Source: Candidatus Microgenomates bacterium
GTDB lineage: Bacteria > Patescibacteriota > Microgenomatia > UBA1406 > HO2-37-13b
DNA: 64,000 bases
Direction of reading: 5' to 3'
Assembly: GCA_025449735.1 (NCBI GenBank)
Contig: JANWIV010000001.1
Location: forward strand, 12,654 to 76,653
The notes beneath the pieces were generated by a model that was given only the letters and a program-made list of their open reading frames with translations, searched no databases and was not told where the DNA came from. Below, in pieces: positions 28,773 to 37,278 of this stretch (its first letter is position 1; each line of letters starts with the position of its first letter). The position numbers and the translations under genes were made by a program.

Positions 28773-29649
28773 AGATAACCAGATTCCCAGGATATATTTT
28801 AATTTTGAGTTGAACTAGTCGAAATGTCTCAAACACTTGAATTATAAGCTTTTTTGCCGGCGTCGGCAGTGGAAAAAGTCTCACCCAATAAGCCAGAGCA
28901 TGAATATTGAATACGCTCTCCACCGCCATGACCTTAAAATTGTGTTTCTTAAAAATTTTCTTTATTGTTTTTTTATTAAACAAATACATGTGCTCAATAT
29001 CAATAATAGGACTTCGCTCACCGAGCACTCGATTGAGTATCGCTCCTTCATCATGATTTAAAAAAAGGATGATGCCATCCTTTTTCAAGATGCGATAGCT
29101 TTCCTTCAAAAAACTGTTTGGATCGGGGATATGATCGAATGTCTGAAAACAAGTTATCACGTCAAAAAAGTCGGCTTTAAATTGACCCTCACGAAAAATG
29201 TCTATGGTGATGTTTTTTTTGATATCAGGCAATGCTTTGTCGACTGATTTTTTACCTGGCTCCACCCCGTAGACATTTTTGTACCCTTGCCTCTTGGCTT
29301 CCTTCAAAAAAAACCCATTACCACAACCAATCTCAAGCAGGTTATTTTTTTTGACATTATATTTCTCAAGTTGGGAAAGATAATAGCCATAGGTCTCATT
29401 AAGATTATCTATATGCTCATCATAGCTAACAAAGCTTTTTTGATAAAGTTTCTCAATTATTTTTTGATCAAGGATTGGGGTTGAAAAAAGCAGTTTGCAG
29501 ATTCTGCATCGAACAAATCGAAAGTGGACCTGATCTGGTAAACGTCTGGCGGAAAAAGTTTTTTCGTTTACTTTCTTCACATCAAAATTGGCTTCGTAAA
29601 TTATTTCAAAATTATTTTTTTTACAAATGGCGCAACTTTGGTCTATCAT
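28759..29649 (-). CDS. Class I SAM-dependent methyltransferase with N-terminal 4-Cys zinc ribbon
   Basis: CAIC...(about 34 aa)...CRIC, then motif I LLEIGCGNGFFL. Confidence 0.75.
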   Translation of the reverse strand: MIDQSCAICKKNNFEIIYEANFDVKKVNEKTFSARRLPDQVHFRFVRCRICKLLFSTPILDQKIIEKLYQKSFVSYDEHIDNLNETYGYYLSQLEKYNVKKNNLLEIGCGNGFFLKEAKRQGYKNVYGVEPGKKSVDKALPDIKKNITIDIFREGQFKADFFDVITCFQTFDHIPDPNSFLKESYRILKKDGIILFLNHDEGAILNRVLGERSPIIDIEHMYLFNKKTIKKIFKKHNFKVMAVESVFNIHALAYWVRLFPLPTPAKKLIIQVFETFRLVQLKIKIYPGNLVIYAKK

Positions 29650-29700
29650 ATAGGCGTTTTGTGATAATATACAGGTATTCTACAGTATATAAATGTGAAA

Positions 29701-30501
29701 ATGAAAATAGGCAATAAAAATCAAATTAGTATTCTTTTAAGAAAGCGCATTCTTGATTTTGCGGTGAAGACCGAGAAAGCCCATGTCCATATTGGTTCTT
29801 GCCTGTCAGCTATCGATATTCTAATTGAAACACTGGTATTTCAGATGGGGAGTCGTGACCGTTTTATTCTTTCCAAAGGTCATGCTTCGCTTGCGCTTTA
29901 TGTCGTCTTTAATTATTTAAAAAAAATATCCAACAAAGAGCTCGCTTCTTATTTTGAAGAGGGGACTCATTTTGGAATTCATACTCCGGGATCAATGCCG
30001 GATTTGATTCCACTGGCCACTGGTAGTCTTGGCCATGGCCTTTCTTTCGCTGCCGGAGTCGCCCTTGGCTACAAAATGCAGGATCAAAAAACAAAACGAC
30101 ACGTCTATGTGATGATCTCAGATGGCGAATGCAATGAGGGGGCGGTATGGGAAGCAGCGCAATTTGCCGTCGCCATAAGAATTGACAATCTGACGGTAAT
30201 CATCGACAAAAATAGAGTTCAAGCCCTTGGTAGAAATAAGGAGGTATTAGGCGATGGTGCCAGTGTTGCCAAATGGCGCGCCTTTGGATTCAATGTGGGG
30301 ACATGCAATGGCCACTCTTTTGCTGATTTGTCTGCCGGCTTTTCTGCTCTCAATAAACTTAAAAATAATCGGCCATCAGTCTTAATCTGCAAAACAATCA
30401 GAGGCCGAGGAATCAAATCAATTGAAAATAAAGTGGTATCGAATTACACCGCAGTCACTAAAGAAGTTTATGAGGAAGCAATTTTAAATTTGAAATCTTA
30501 G
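29701..30501 (+). CDS. Split transketolase, N-terminal (ThDP-binding) subunit, copy 1
   Basis: GHASLALY, GSLGHGL and ThDP motif SDGECNEGAVWEAAQFA...NLTVIIDKN. ATG at 29701 (the track starts at GTG 29695). Confidence 0.8.
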   Translation: MKIGNKNQISILLRKRILDFAVKTEKAHVHIGSCLSAIDILIETLVFQMGSRDRFILSKGHASLALYVVFNYLKKISNKELASYFEEGTHFGIHTPGSMPDLIPLATGSLGHGLSFAAGVALGYKMQDQKTKRHVYVMISDGECNEGAVWEAAQFAVAIRIDNLTVIIDKNRVQALGRNKEVLGDGASVAKWRAFGFNVGTCNGHSFADLSAGFSALNKLKNNRPSVLICKTIRGRGIKSIENKVVSNYTAVTKEVYEEAILNLKS

Positions 30502-30513
30502 TAATTATTAGTA

Positions 30514-30657
30514 TTTCGAATAAGATTTACGCGTGAAGTGGATGTTTGAGCAAGGGAGTGAATCGTGAGTCCAAGCATTGCTCGGCCGAGCGACGAACGA
30601 CCGGTCCCGACGGTACCGTCGGGATGCGAGTTCACTTCCAAGTAAATCTTGTTTGAA
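30514..30657. repeat. GC-rich structured element (MITE-like or structured RNA) between the two transketolase subunit genes
   Basis: Imperfect inverted arms tttcgaataagatttacgcgtgaagtg / cacttccaagtaaatcttgtttgaaa. Inner hairpins gagcaa..ttgctc and tcccgacgg-tac-ccgtcggga. An 8-bp direct repeat TTTGAAAT occurs at 30489-30496 and 30652-30659. Confidence 0.6.
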
Positions 30658-30665
30658 ATTTAACT

Positions 30666-31571
30666 ATGCGATACATTTTTGCAGAACAATTTCAAAAAAT
30701 AGCCGATAGCGACAAAAAAACTGTCTTTATGACAGGCGACCTGGGTTTTAATGCCTTTGAGCCTTTGATTCAGTCAATGGGTCCTCGTTTTATCAATGCC
30801 GGAGTCGCCGAGCATAATATGGTAACGGCGGCGGCAGGTCTGGCATATTCAGGTTTAAAACCCTGGATATATAGCATTGCTCCTTTTGTCAGCATAAAAG
30901 TGCTTGAGGAATTAAGAAACGATGTCTGCTTGCCAAATGCCAATGTCAAAATTGTCGCCCTTGGAGGTGGCTTTGATTATGCCATTGCCGGTCCCACCCA
31001 TCATGCGCTTGAAGATGTGGCACTAATGTTGACGCTGCCCAATATGAAGATTTATGTCCCTTCTTTTCCCCAAGATATCGCCCCCATCATCAAAGAAATG
31101 AGTGAGCATCAATCGCCCTCCTATCTGCGTCTTACCAAGGCGCATACTACAAACATTAATATCCCCGCCTTTAAACCGATGCGTCAAGTGATAAAGGGAG
31201 ATAAGCTTACTATCGTCGTCTTAGGCTCCCTTGCGGTTGAGGTGATTGATGCAGTCTCTAAATTTGAATACAAAATTGATCTTTGGGCAGTGTCTCAATT
31301 GCCGCTAAGAATTGATGATGCTTTTGAAGAATCAATTAAAAAAACTAAATCATTGATTATTATCGAAGAACACGTCGAGCATGGTGGGCTGGGGCAATAT
31401 TTATCCGCCTACCTGATGAAGCGCGGCCGAGTCAGTCCAAATTTTATTCACCTCGCAACCAAGGGCTATCAATCCGGGCTCTATGGCAGTCGAGATTTCT
31501 ATTTAAAAGAAAACTCACTTGACAAGAAAAGCATTGCTAGAATAGTTGAAAAATATTTAAGTCGATTATGA
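30666..31571 (+). CDS. Split transketolase, C-terminal (pyrimidine-binding) subunit, copy 1
   Basis: FINAGVAEHNMVTAAAGLA and GPTHHALEDVALM motifs. Confidence 0.8.
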   Translation: MRYIFAEQFQKIADSDKKTVFMTGDLGFNAFEPLIQSMGPRFINAGVAEHNMVTAAAGLAYSGLKPWIYSIAPFVSIKVLEELRNDVCLPNANVKIVALGGGFDYAIAGPTHHALEDVALMLTLPNMKIYVPSFPQDIAPIIKEMSEHQSPSYLRLTKAHTTNINIPAFKPMRQVIKGDKLTIVVLGSLAVEVIDAVSKFEYKIDLWAVSQLPLRIDDAFEESIKKTKSLIIIEEHVEHGGLGQYLSAYLMKRGRVSPNFIHLATKGYQSGLYGSRDFYLKENSLDKKSIARIVEKYLSRL

Positions 31572-32524
31572 ATGACCACCTCATAATAAAACTCCAAGGA
31601 CCGATTGCGATATTTGGCGCTGCTGGCTTTGTCGGCAGCCATTTAATGGCTCAAATATCCTCGGTCAGGTTGGACGTCATCGGTTTCACAAGAAATCCTA
31701 AAAGTTCTTGGCGACTTAAAAAACTTGGTATTGATAAAAAACAAATTGCGAGATGTGATTTATTAAACAAAGAATCAATAAACAAAGTGATTAAAAAATA
31801 CAGACCAAAAACGATATTTAATCTCGCCGCCTATGGTGCCTATTCCTGGCAAGAAGATATCCCGCGTATCTATGGGACAAATTTTAACTCGACATTGACT
31901 CTAGTCGAATGCCTTAAAAAATATCCAATCAAAATTTATATTCATGCTGGCTCTCAATCAGAATATGGACTTAATGCGAATCGTCCGAGCGAGGATAGCG
32001 AACTGCTACCCAACAGCCACTATGCAGTCTCGAAAGTAAACACCTATTATTTACTCAAGTACTATGCGATGAAGGAAAACTTTCCCGCTCTTCATTTGCG
32101 ACTCTACTCGGTATACGGACCACTTGAGGAAACTGGTCGCCTGATGCCGACTTTAATTGAAAAAGTTAAAGATGGTGCTTTGCCCAATTTTGTTGACCAA
32201 AATATTTCTCGCGACTTCATTTATATTGATGATGTTATTTCTGCCATGTTAACAGTCGCTACAAAAGCAACAAAAAAACATTATGGTCAAGCCTACAATG
32301 TCGCCACTGGCAAAAAAACTACTATGAAAGATCTTGCCTCAACAACAAGGAAACTTTTCAATATCAAACAAAGCCCTAAATTTGGTACGATGAAAAAGAG
32401 AGCTTGGGATTTGTCAGATTGGGTAGGAGAGCCATCAAAAATTAAGCGTGACTTTTCCTGGCAGGCAAAAACACCACTGAACGAGGGTTTAAAAAAATAC
32501 TTCGAATATGAAAAAAATAGTTGA
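31568..32524 (+). CDS. NAD-dependent epimerase/dehydratase (extended SDR)
   Basis: IFGAAGFVGSHL glycine motif and YAVSK catalytic Y-x3-K. Confidence 0.75.
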   Translation: MNDHLIIKLQGPIAIFGAAGFVGSHLMAQISSVRLDVIGFTRNPKSSWRLKKLGIDKKQIARCDLLNKESINKVIKKYRPKTIFNLAAYGAYSWQEDIPRIYGTNFNSTLTLVECLKKYPIKIYIHAGSQSEYGLNANRPSEDSELLPNSHYAVSKVNTYYLLKYYAMKENFPALHLRLYSVYGPLEETGRLMPTLIEKVKDGALPNFVDQNISRDFIYIDDVISAMLTVATKATKKHYGQAYNVATGKKTTMKDLASTTRKLFNIKQSPKFGTMKKRAWDLSDWVGEPSKIKRDFSWQAKTPLNEGLKKYFEYEKNS

Positions 32525-33212
32525 TTATTCAATAGTCTTTCCAGTGATGAATCAGAGTGATCATATTGAGAGAGTCATCCGCGCCTATCACAAACTTTTA
32601 ACAAAGCGTAAAATTTCTTTTGAGTTAGTTGCAGTTGTCAATGGGACGACAGATAACAGCTTTACAATTTGTCAAAATGTTTCAAAAACATTTGATAACG
32701 TCAAGGCATTCGAACTTAAAGAGGGTGGTTATGGTTTAGGAATATTGCATGGCTTTGCGCATTCGGAGGGCAAATATTTATGCTATCTAAATTGTGCCCG
32801 GATAAATGCTGAAGATTTGGTTCTGGCACTTCGTGAATTTGAGAAAGATAAAAATGATATTGTTCATGGTGTCCGCGCTTCTCGTGATAGTGTGCCCTGG
32901 AGAAAACTCGGCTCAAATATTTATAATACTTATTGCCAGTTATTATTTTCACTTAAAACCAACGACATCAATGGTAACCCCAATGTTTTCTCAAGAGCTA
33001 ATTTTGAAAAACTCAAGCTCACCTATACTGACAGTATGATTGATCTGCAACTTTTAGACCGTGCCCGACAACTCAAAATAAAAGTGAGAGAGATTGAAAT
33101 AGGCAATTATACCCGCGCCGGCGGCATTTCTACCTCTAATTTCAAAACAATTTTCCGATTAATTAAAGAAGTTACCATTTATTTTTTCAAAACAAGAGTA
33201 AAGAAATCGTAA
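32508..33212 (+). CDS. Glycosyltransferase family 2, DPM1-like soluble form
   Basis: YSIVFPVMNQSDHIERV start and GT2-like layout. 234 aa. Confidence 0.6.
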   Translation: MKKIVDYSIVFPVMNQSDHIERVIRAYHKLLTKRKISFELVAVVNGTTDNSFTICQNVSKTFDNVKAFELKEGGYGLGILHGFAHSEGKYLCYLNCARINAEDLVLALREFEKDKNDIVHGVRASRDSVPWRKLGSNIYNTYCQLLFSLKTNDINGNPNVFSRANFEKLKLTYTDSMIDLQLLDRARQLKIKVREIEIGNYTRAGGISTSNFKTIFRLIKEVTIYFFKTRVKKS

Positions 33213-33224
33213 ATATAGCTATCT

Positions 33225-33292
33225 TGTCATTCCCGCGAAGGCGGGAATCTATTTCGTTTTTTTATGGATCCCGTATCAAGTACGGGATGACA
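33225..33292. repeat. TGTCAT-type double-hairpin repeat (family R1)
   Basis: tgtcattcccgcgaaggcgggaatc ... ggatcccgtatcaagtacgggatgaca. Two inverted TGTCATYC-stem-loop-GRATC units. Confidence 0.8.
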
Positions 33293-33331
33293 AAAATACA
33301 ATAACCTATTGTAAATATTACAAGTACTATC

Positions 33332-33337
33332 TATAAT
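33332..33337 (+). promoter_or_regulatory. -10 box TATAAT, 7 nt upstream of ATG 33345
   Basis: tctataatcccattaATG. Confidence 0.4.
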
Positions 33338-33344
33338 CCCATTA

Positions 33345-34556
33345 ATGAAAAATTCTGACAAGTCACTTCGCGTCCCATATGGCCAGGCTGTCCATGACAA
33401 AGAAGAAACTGCCGCCGTTGTTAAAGTACTCAATGAACATCGCAGCATCATGGGACCGGAAACAAAAAAGTTTGAATCTAGTGTCGCCAAACTTTATAAC
33501 AAAAAATATGGCGTCATGGTTAATTCTGGTAGCAGCGCCAATCTCCTGGCAATTGAACTGCTCAATCTTCCCGCTGGTAGCGAAGTCATCACCCCAATTT
33601 TAACTTTTGCTACCACCGTCGGTCCCTTAGTCATGAAAGGGTTGACCCCGGTATTTGTCGATGTTGAACATGGCACCTACAATGTCAATGTCGACGCAGT
33701 TGAGCGAGCGATTACAAAGAAAACTCGTGCCCTGATGATCCCGCTACTTCTTGGCAATACTTCCGACATAAAAAGATTGTCTCAAATTGCCAAAAAGAAT
33801 AAGCTCTTTTTTATCGAAGATTCCTGCGATACCTTAGGTGCTAAATTTGATGGCAAACCTACCGGCAGTTATTCAGATATTTCTGTCACCAGTTTTTATG
33901 GCAGCCATATAATCACTGCCGGTGGGGGTGGGGGAATCCTGATGATGAATAAGACCGCTTGGTATGACCGTGCTAGAGTACTCAGAGGTTGGGGAAGAAC
34001 TAGTTCTTTATTTGGCGAATCAGAAGATATTAAAATTCGCTTCAAAGGTAAGATTGGAGTCATTCCTTATGACGCCAAATTTATTTTTGATGAAATTGGC
34101 TATAACTTTGTACCTATGGAGATAGGGAGCGCCTTTGGCAATGTGCAGCTCAAAAAACTGCCTACTTTTAGGAAAACGCGCGAAAGAAACTTTGCCAGTC
34201 TCTATAAATTTTTTGAGCAATATGAAAAGTATTTCATCCTTCCCAAGACTCATCCAAAATTAAAGACTCAGTGGCTCGCTTTTCCACTAACAATTAGAAA
34301 AACTGCTCCATTCAAACGGTTGGAACTAGCATCGTTTTTAGAAAACGCTAATATTCAAACTCGACCAATATTCACTGGTAATATCCTTTATCAGCCCGGA
34401 TTTAAAAATATCACTCATCGCAAGTTTGGGAATAGCTTCCCGGTGGCCGAGCAGGTGATGAAGCATGGCATTGTCGTCGGCGCCCATCATGGACTAAATG
34501 ACAAGCAGATTGAAAAAATAAAGAGCACCTTCTCCGAATTCCTAAGCAAATATTGA
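33345..34556 (+). CDS. RfbH/E1-like (or ColD-like) PMP/PLP-dependent NDP-4-keto-6-deoxyhexose 3-dehydrase
   Basis: VMVNSGSSANLLA, VITP, VFVDV..TYN and SFYGSHIITAGGGG, with His where aminotransferases carry the PLP lysine. There is only one Cys in the whole protein. Confidence 0.65.
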   Translation: MKNSDKSLRVPYGQAVHDKEETAAVVKVLNEHRSIMGPETKKFESSVAKLYNKKYGVMVNSGSSANLLAIELLNLPAGSEVITPILTFATTVGPLVMKGLTPVFVDVEHGTYNVNVDAVERAITKKTRALMIPLLLGNTSDIKRLSQIAKKNKLFFIEDSCDTLGAKFDGKPTGSYSDISVTSFYGSHIITAGGGGGILMMNKTAWYDRARVLRGWGRTSSLFGESEDIKIRFKGKIGVIPYDAKFIFDEIGYNFVPMEIGSAFGNVQLKKLPTFRKTRERNFASLYKFFEQYEKYFILPKTHPKLKTQWLAFPLTIRKTAPFKRLELASFLENANIQTRPIFTGNILYQPGFKNITHRKFGNSFPVAEQVMKHGIVVGAHHGLNDKQIEKIKSTFSEFLSKY

Positions 34557-34575
34557 TCTAGAAGTCTTTTTAGTC

Positions 34576-34584
34576 TGATATAAT
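34576..34584 (+). promoter_or_regulatory. Extended -10 TGaTATAAT, 7 nt upstream of ATG 34592
   Basis: tctgatataatagtccaaATG. Confidence 0.45.
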
Positions 34585-34591
34585 AGTCCAA

Positions 34592-35665
34592 ATGAAAATA
34601 GAGCAGTGGCAGATAACTCTTCAAAGTTCTACTTGGCCAAAAGTCGATTCAAGTAATAATGCAGAAGTGCTTTCGAACTTTTCGCTATCATCTCCTGAGG
34701 CATCTAGACTGATGCAACCGTTGCGATCAATTTTACTGGAAGATCAAAGTGGTTTTTATCGACTGCTATTAGAATCAAATGTTTTGAGTCTCAGATTAGG
34801 AACTGCCGATGTAGAGTTAGATTATGAAACGTATAATTTTCGTGGAGAACTAATTCAAAGGACAGCCACACTTACTTTTGACGAGATCAGTAAACATACT
34901 TATGAAGCTAATGGTTTTACTCAACCTGATGTCTCAAATCCAGAAGTGGCGCTCTTTCCAAAATATGATCTTGTTCGACAAGCTACTGAAGCCAATAGAT
35001 CAGATCAAGTAAAAGTAGTGGAGAATATCAGCGATGGCCCAATAGGCTTACTTGTCAATGGCATTGGCAAATATAACCCAATTACACTAGAGCATTTGGG
35101 TTTTGATGAAATACCGCTTACCGATCTCGAAGCCCAAACAATCGCAATCTCAAACCAAATGAGAGCATATCATGATCGTATAGGGACTATAGAGACAATT
35201 TTGTTTGTTGCTTCAAGAGATAGAGTTCATCGAACTGGTGTTGAAAATTTTTCAGATTATGGATTTTCGGCTCTACGCCCTTATCTTAATTCTGATGGCA
35301 GGCATGCGCTACATTTAAAATCTCTGTATGATTTGTCAAAGTCGATAAATATACCTTTAGATACATTTTACAGATCTGGGATAAAACACACTCGTTTTAC
35401 CTTTATGCCAACAATACCATTATTAAATGCTTGCCATGCTCTTAAAAAAGAAGTGTTGGTGCACAAAGCTCGCTATTCATCGATTAGTTATCTTAAATTA
35501 CAACCCTTTGAAGAAATGTTGCAAAGAGCTGAATCTTATCTTGAGTCAACTTCGGAAGCTATCGTTCGGGAAAAAATACTAGAGCTGGCCGGCGAGGTAA
35601 AACCGGATTTTACATCATCAGTAAGAGAAGCTAATCCATGGTTAGCAGAATACGGGATAACCTAA
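34592..35665 (+). CDS. Hypothetical protein
   Basis: 357 aa ORF with its own promoter-like TGaTATAAT 7 nt upstream. No recognisable motifs. Confidence 0.5.
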   Translation: MKIEQWQITLQSSTWPKVDSSNNAEVLSNFSLSSPEASRLMQPLRSILLEDQSGFYRLLLESNVLSLRLGTADVELDYETYNFRGELIQRTATLTFDEISKHTYEANGFTQPDVSNPEVALFPKYDLVRQATEANRSDQVKVVENISDGPIGLLVNGIGKYNPITLEHLGFDEIPLTDLEAQTIAISNQMRAYHDRIGTIETILFVASRDRVHRTGVENFSDYGFSALRPYLNSDGRHALHLKSLYDLSKSINIPLDTFYRSGIKHTRFTFMPTIPLLNACHALKKEVLVHKARYSSISYLKLQPFEEMLQRAESYLESTSEAIVREKILELAGEVKPDFTSSVREANPWLAEYGIT

Positions 35666-35669
35666 GCCT

Positions 35670-35756
35670 CTAACCCTTCGGGCTTCGGCCGTGAGCCCTC
35701 GGCGTGAGCGTAAGTCGAACGCTCAGCCGAACGGTTAATTGTTACTCGTACCCTTT
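35670..35756. repeat. REP-like repeat family R2, copy with a 50-nt GC-rich internal insertion
   Basis: CTAACCCTTCGGG (35670-35682) and GGTTAATTGTTACTCGtACCCTTT (35733-35756) match the reverse complement of the 54374 copy. The segment 35683-35732 between them is GC-rich and palindromic. Confidence 0.65.
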
Positions 35757-35888
35757 GATTTGAAATAAATTCTGTCAAATTTCCACCTCAACATTTACAA
35801 TTAAACGTTTAAATGTAAATGTTTAACTCAAAAAATGCAGAAATTAACTTAAGAGTACCCAACTCGAGGCTATTCTAAGTTAAATTTG

Positions 35889-35897
35889 TGATATAAT
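35889..35897 (+). promoter_or_regulatory. Extended -10 TGaTATAAT, 6 nt upstream of ATG 35904
   Basis: tgtgatataattggttaATG. Confidence 0.45.
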
Positions 35898-35903
35898 TGG
35901 TTA

Positions 35904-36329
35904 ATGACTGAACAATCACCCAATACTCCCATCACGGTGTCATTGCCAGATTTGATTTCAAAAGCATTAGTCAAATTTAAGGGTAAGGAAACGGTTGTTG
36001 ACGAATTTGGTAATGAAAGATTCTATAGTAGCGATCATGCGGCTGATGATGTATTAGATGAGCTTCTCGTAGATCATAGACTCGATATTAAAGATGTCCT
36101 CTTTGAAATAATTGGGCAAACAACTAAGGAAGCTCGTGATTTAGAAGGTACAAGCTTTGATGGGTTTGATAATTATGAGAATCTATTTCGGATATTAGCT
36201 TCAACTATAATTTATTATGAAATGAGAGATCAAGACGCCAGCATTATTGCTGAAGACGAGAGACGTGATGAAGCTGATTTGGTAAAATATCAAAAAGCTC
36301 AAGATAAGAAAAGCGTATTTGAATTGTAA
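35904..36329 (+). CDS. Hypothetical acidic protein
   Basis: 141 aa, D/E-rich. TGaTATAAT lies 6 nt upstream of the ATG. Confidence 0.45.
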   Translation: MTEQSPNTPITVSLPDLISKALVKFKGKETVVDEFGNERFYSSDHAADDVLDELLVDHRLDIKDVLFEIIGQTTKEARDLEGTSFDGFDNYENLFRILASTIIYYEMRDQDASIIAEDERRDEADLVKYQKAQDKKSVFEL

Positions 36330-36332
36330 GAC

Positions 36333-37271
36333 TTACTTTCTCCCATTCTGGATTTTTTCGATGATATATTTGGGGCGGGCTTTTATTTCATCAAACATTA
36401 TGCTCAAATAGTGAGCAATGATTGACAGCGACAAAATCTGAATCCCTCCCAATAATAAAGTGGTTAAGAGCAAGGTCTGAATACCTCGTGGTGTCCCTGG
36501 ATAGGTGAAATAGCGAATGGTAAATATAATTATTCCAACTCCCGTCAATCCCAAGGCACCAAAAGCAAGCCAGGAAATAAGTTCAAGTGGCGCATAGGAA
36601 AATGAAAAGATCGCAAAAATCGCCCAGCGAACATTATCAATAAATGAATTGGTGGTGAAACCACGATGGCGCTCTTGGCGCTCATAAGGGACGCCAATGC
36701 TTTTAAAACCGACCCAGGCGCGAAGTCCGCGGATATATCGATTTTTCTCTGGTAGTTTTTTGAAAATGTCGACTACCTTGCGATCCATGAGTGAGAAGTC
36801 TCCAGCGTCTACTGGAATATCAATATAAGAAAGCTTTTTGAAAATTCGATAAAAGGTTTTGTAGGTCACTCTTCGAAACATGCTGTCATTTCGTTTCACT
36901 CGTGAACCATAAACCACATCATACCCCTCTTCCCATTTTTTGATTAATTGAGGAATGATCTCTGGTGGATCCTGAATGTCCCCGTCAATAAGGACCACGG
37001 CATCGCTGTCTACAAAATCAATTCCAGCTGTATATGCACCTTGAGATTTATAGAAGTTTCGCGACAGCGTCAAGACAACGACATGTTTGTCGCGGTTAGC
37101 AAGACTGGCAAATATAATCGCTGAGTCATCAATACTACCGTTATCGATATATACAAATTCATAATCATAATTTAATTTCTTGAATACTTGACTTAGTCGT
37201 TTATACATTGACTCAATATTGCCGCTCTCATTGTAGCAGGGGATAATTACCGATATCTTTTTCTTTTTCAT
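36333..37271 (-). CDS. Polyprenyl-phosphate sugar synthase, GT2 (GtrB/ArnC/DPM-synthase type, two C-terminal TM helices)
   Basis: KISVIIPCYNESGNI, LIDGDIQDPPE and two C-terminal hydrophobic helices. The start is set to ATG 37271 because the track start 37304 is TTG. This gives 312 aa, the same length as 39357-40295. Confidence 0.75.
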   Translation of the reverse strand: MKKKKISVIIPCYNESGNIESMYKRLSQVFKKLNYDYEFVYIDNGSIDDSAIIFASLANRDKHVVVLTLSRNFYKSQGAYTAGIDFVDSDAVVLIDGDIQDPPEIIPQLIKKWEEGYDVVYGSRVKRNDSMFRRVTYKTFYRIFKKLSYIDIPVDAGDFSLMDRKVVDIFKKLPEKNRYIRGLRAWVGFKSIGVPYERQERHRGFTTNSFIDNVRWAIFAIFSFSYAPLELISWLAFGALGLTGVGIIIFTIRYFTYPGTPRGIQTLLLTTLLLGGIQILSLSIIAHYLSIMFDEIKARPKYIIEKIQNGRK

Positions 37272-37278
37272 GATTAAA

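Noticed and set aside
30502-30665. TPP riboswitch between the two ThDP-dependent transketolase genes
   Set aside because: I considered it because of the context, but the element lacks the conserved CUGAGA and ACCUGAUCUGGAUAAUGCCAGCG-type core of THI-box RNAs.
33227-33490. 87-aa minus-strand ORF overlapping the RfbH-like gene start
   Set aside because: It runs through the repeat at 33225-33292 and then antisense to a well-supported CDS.
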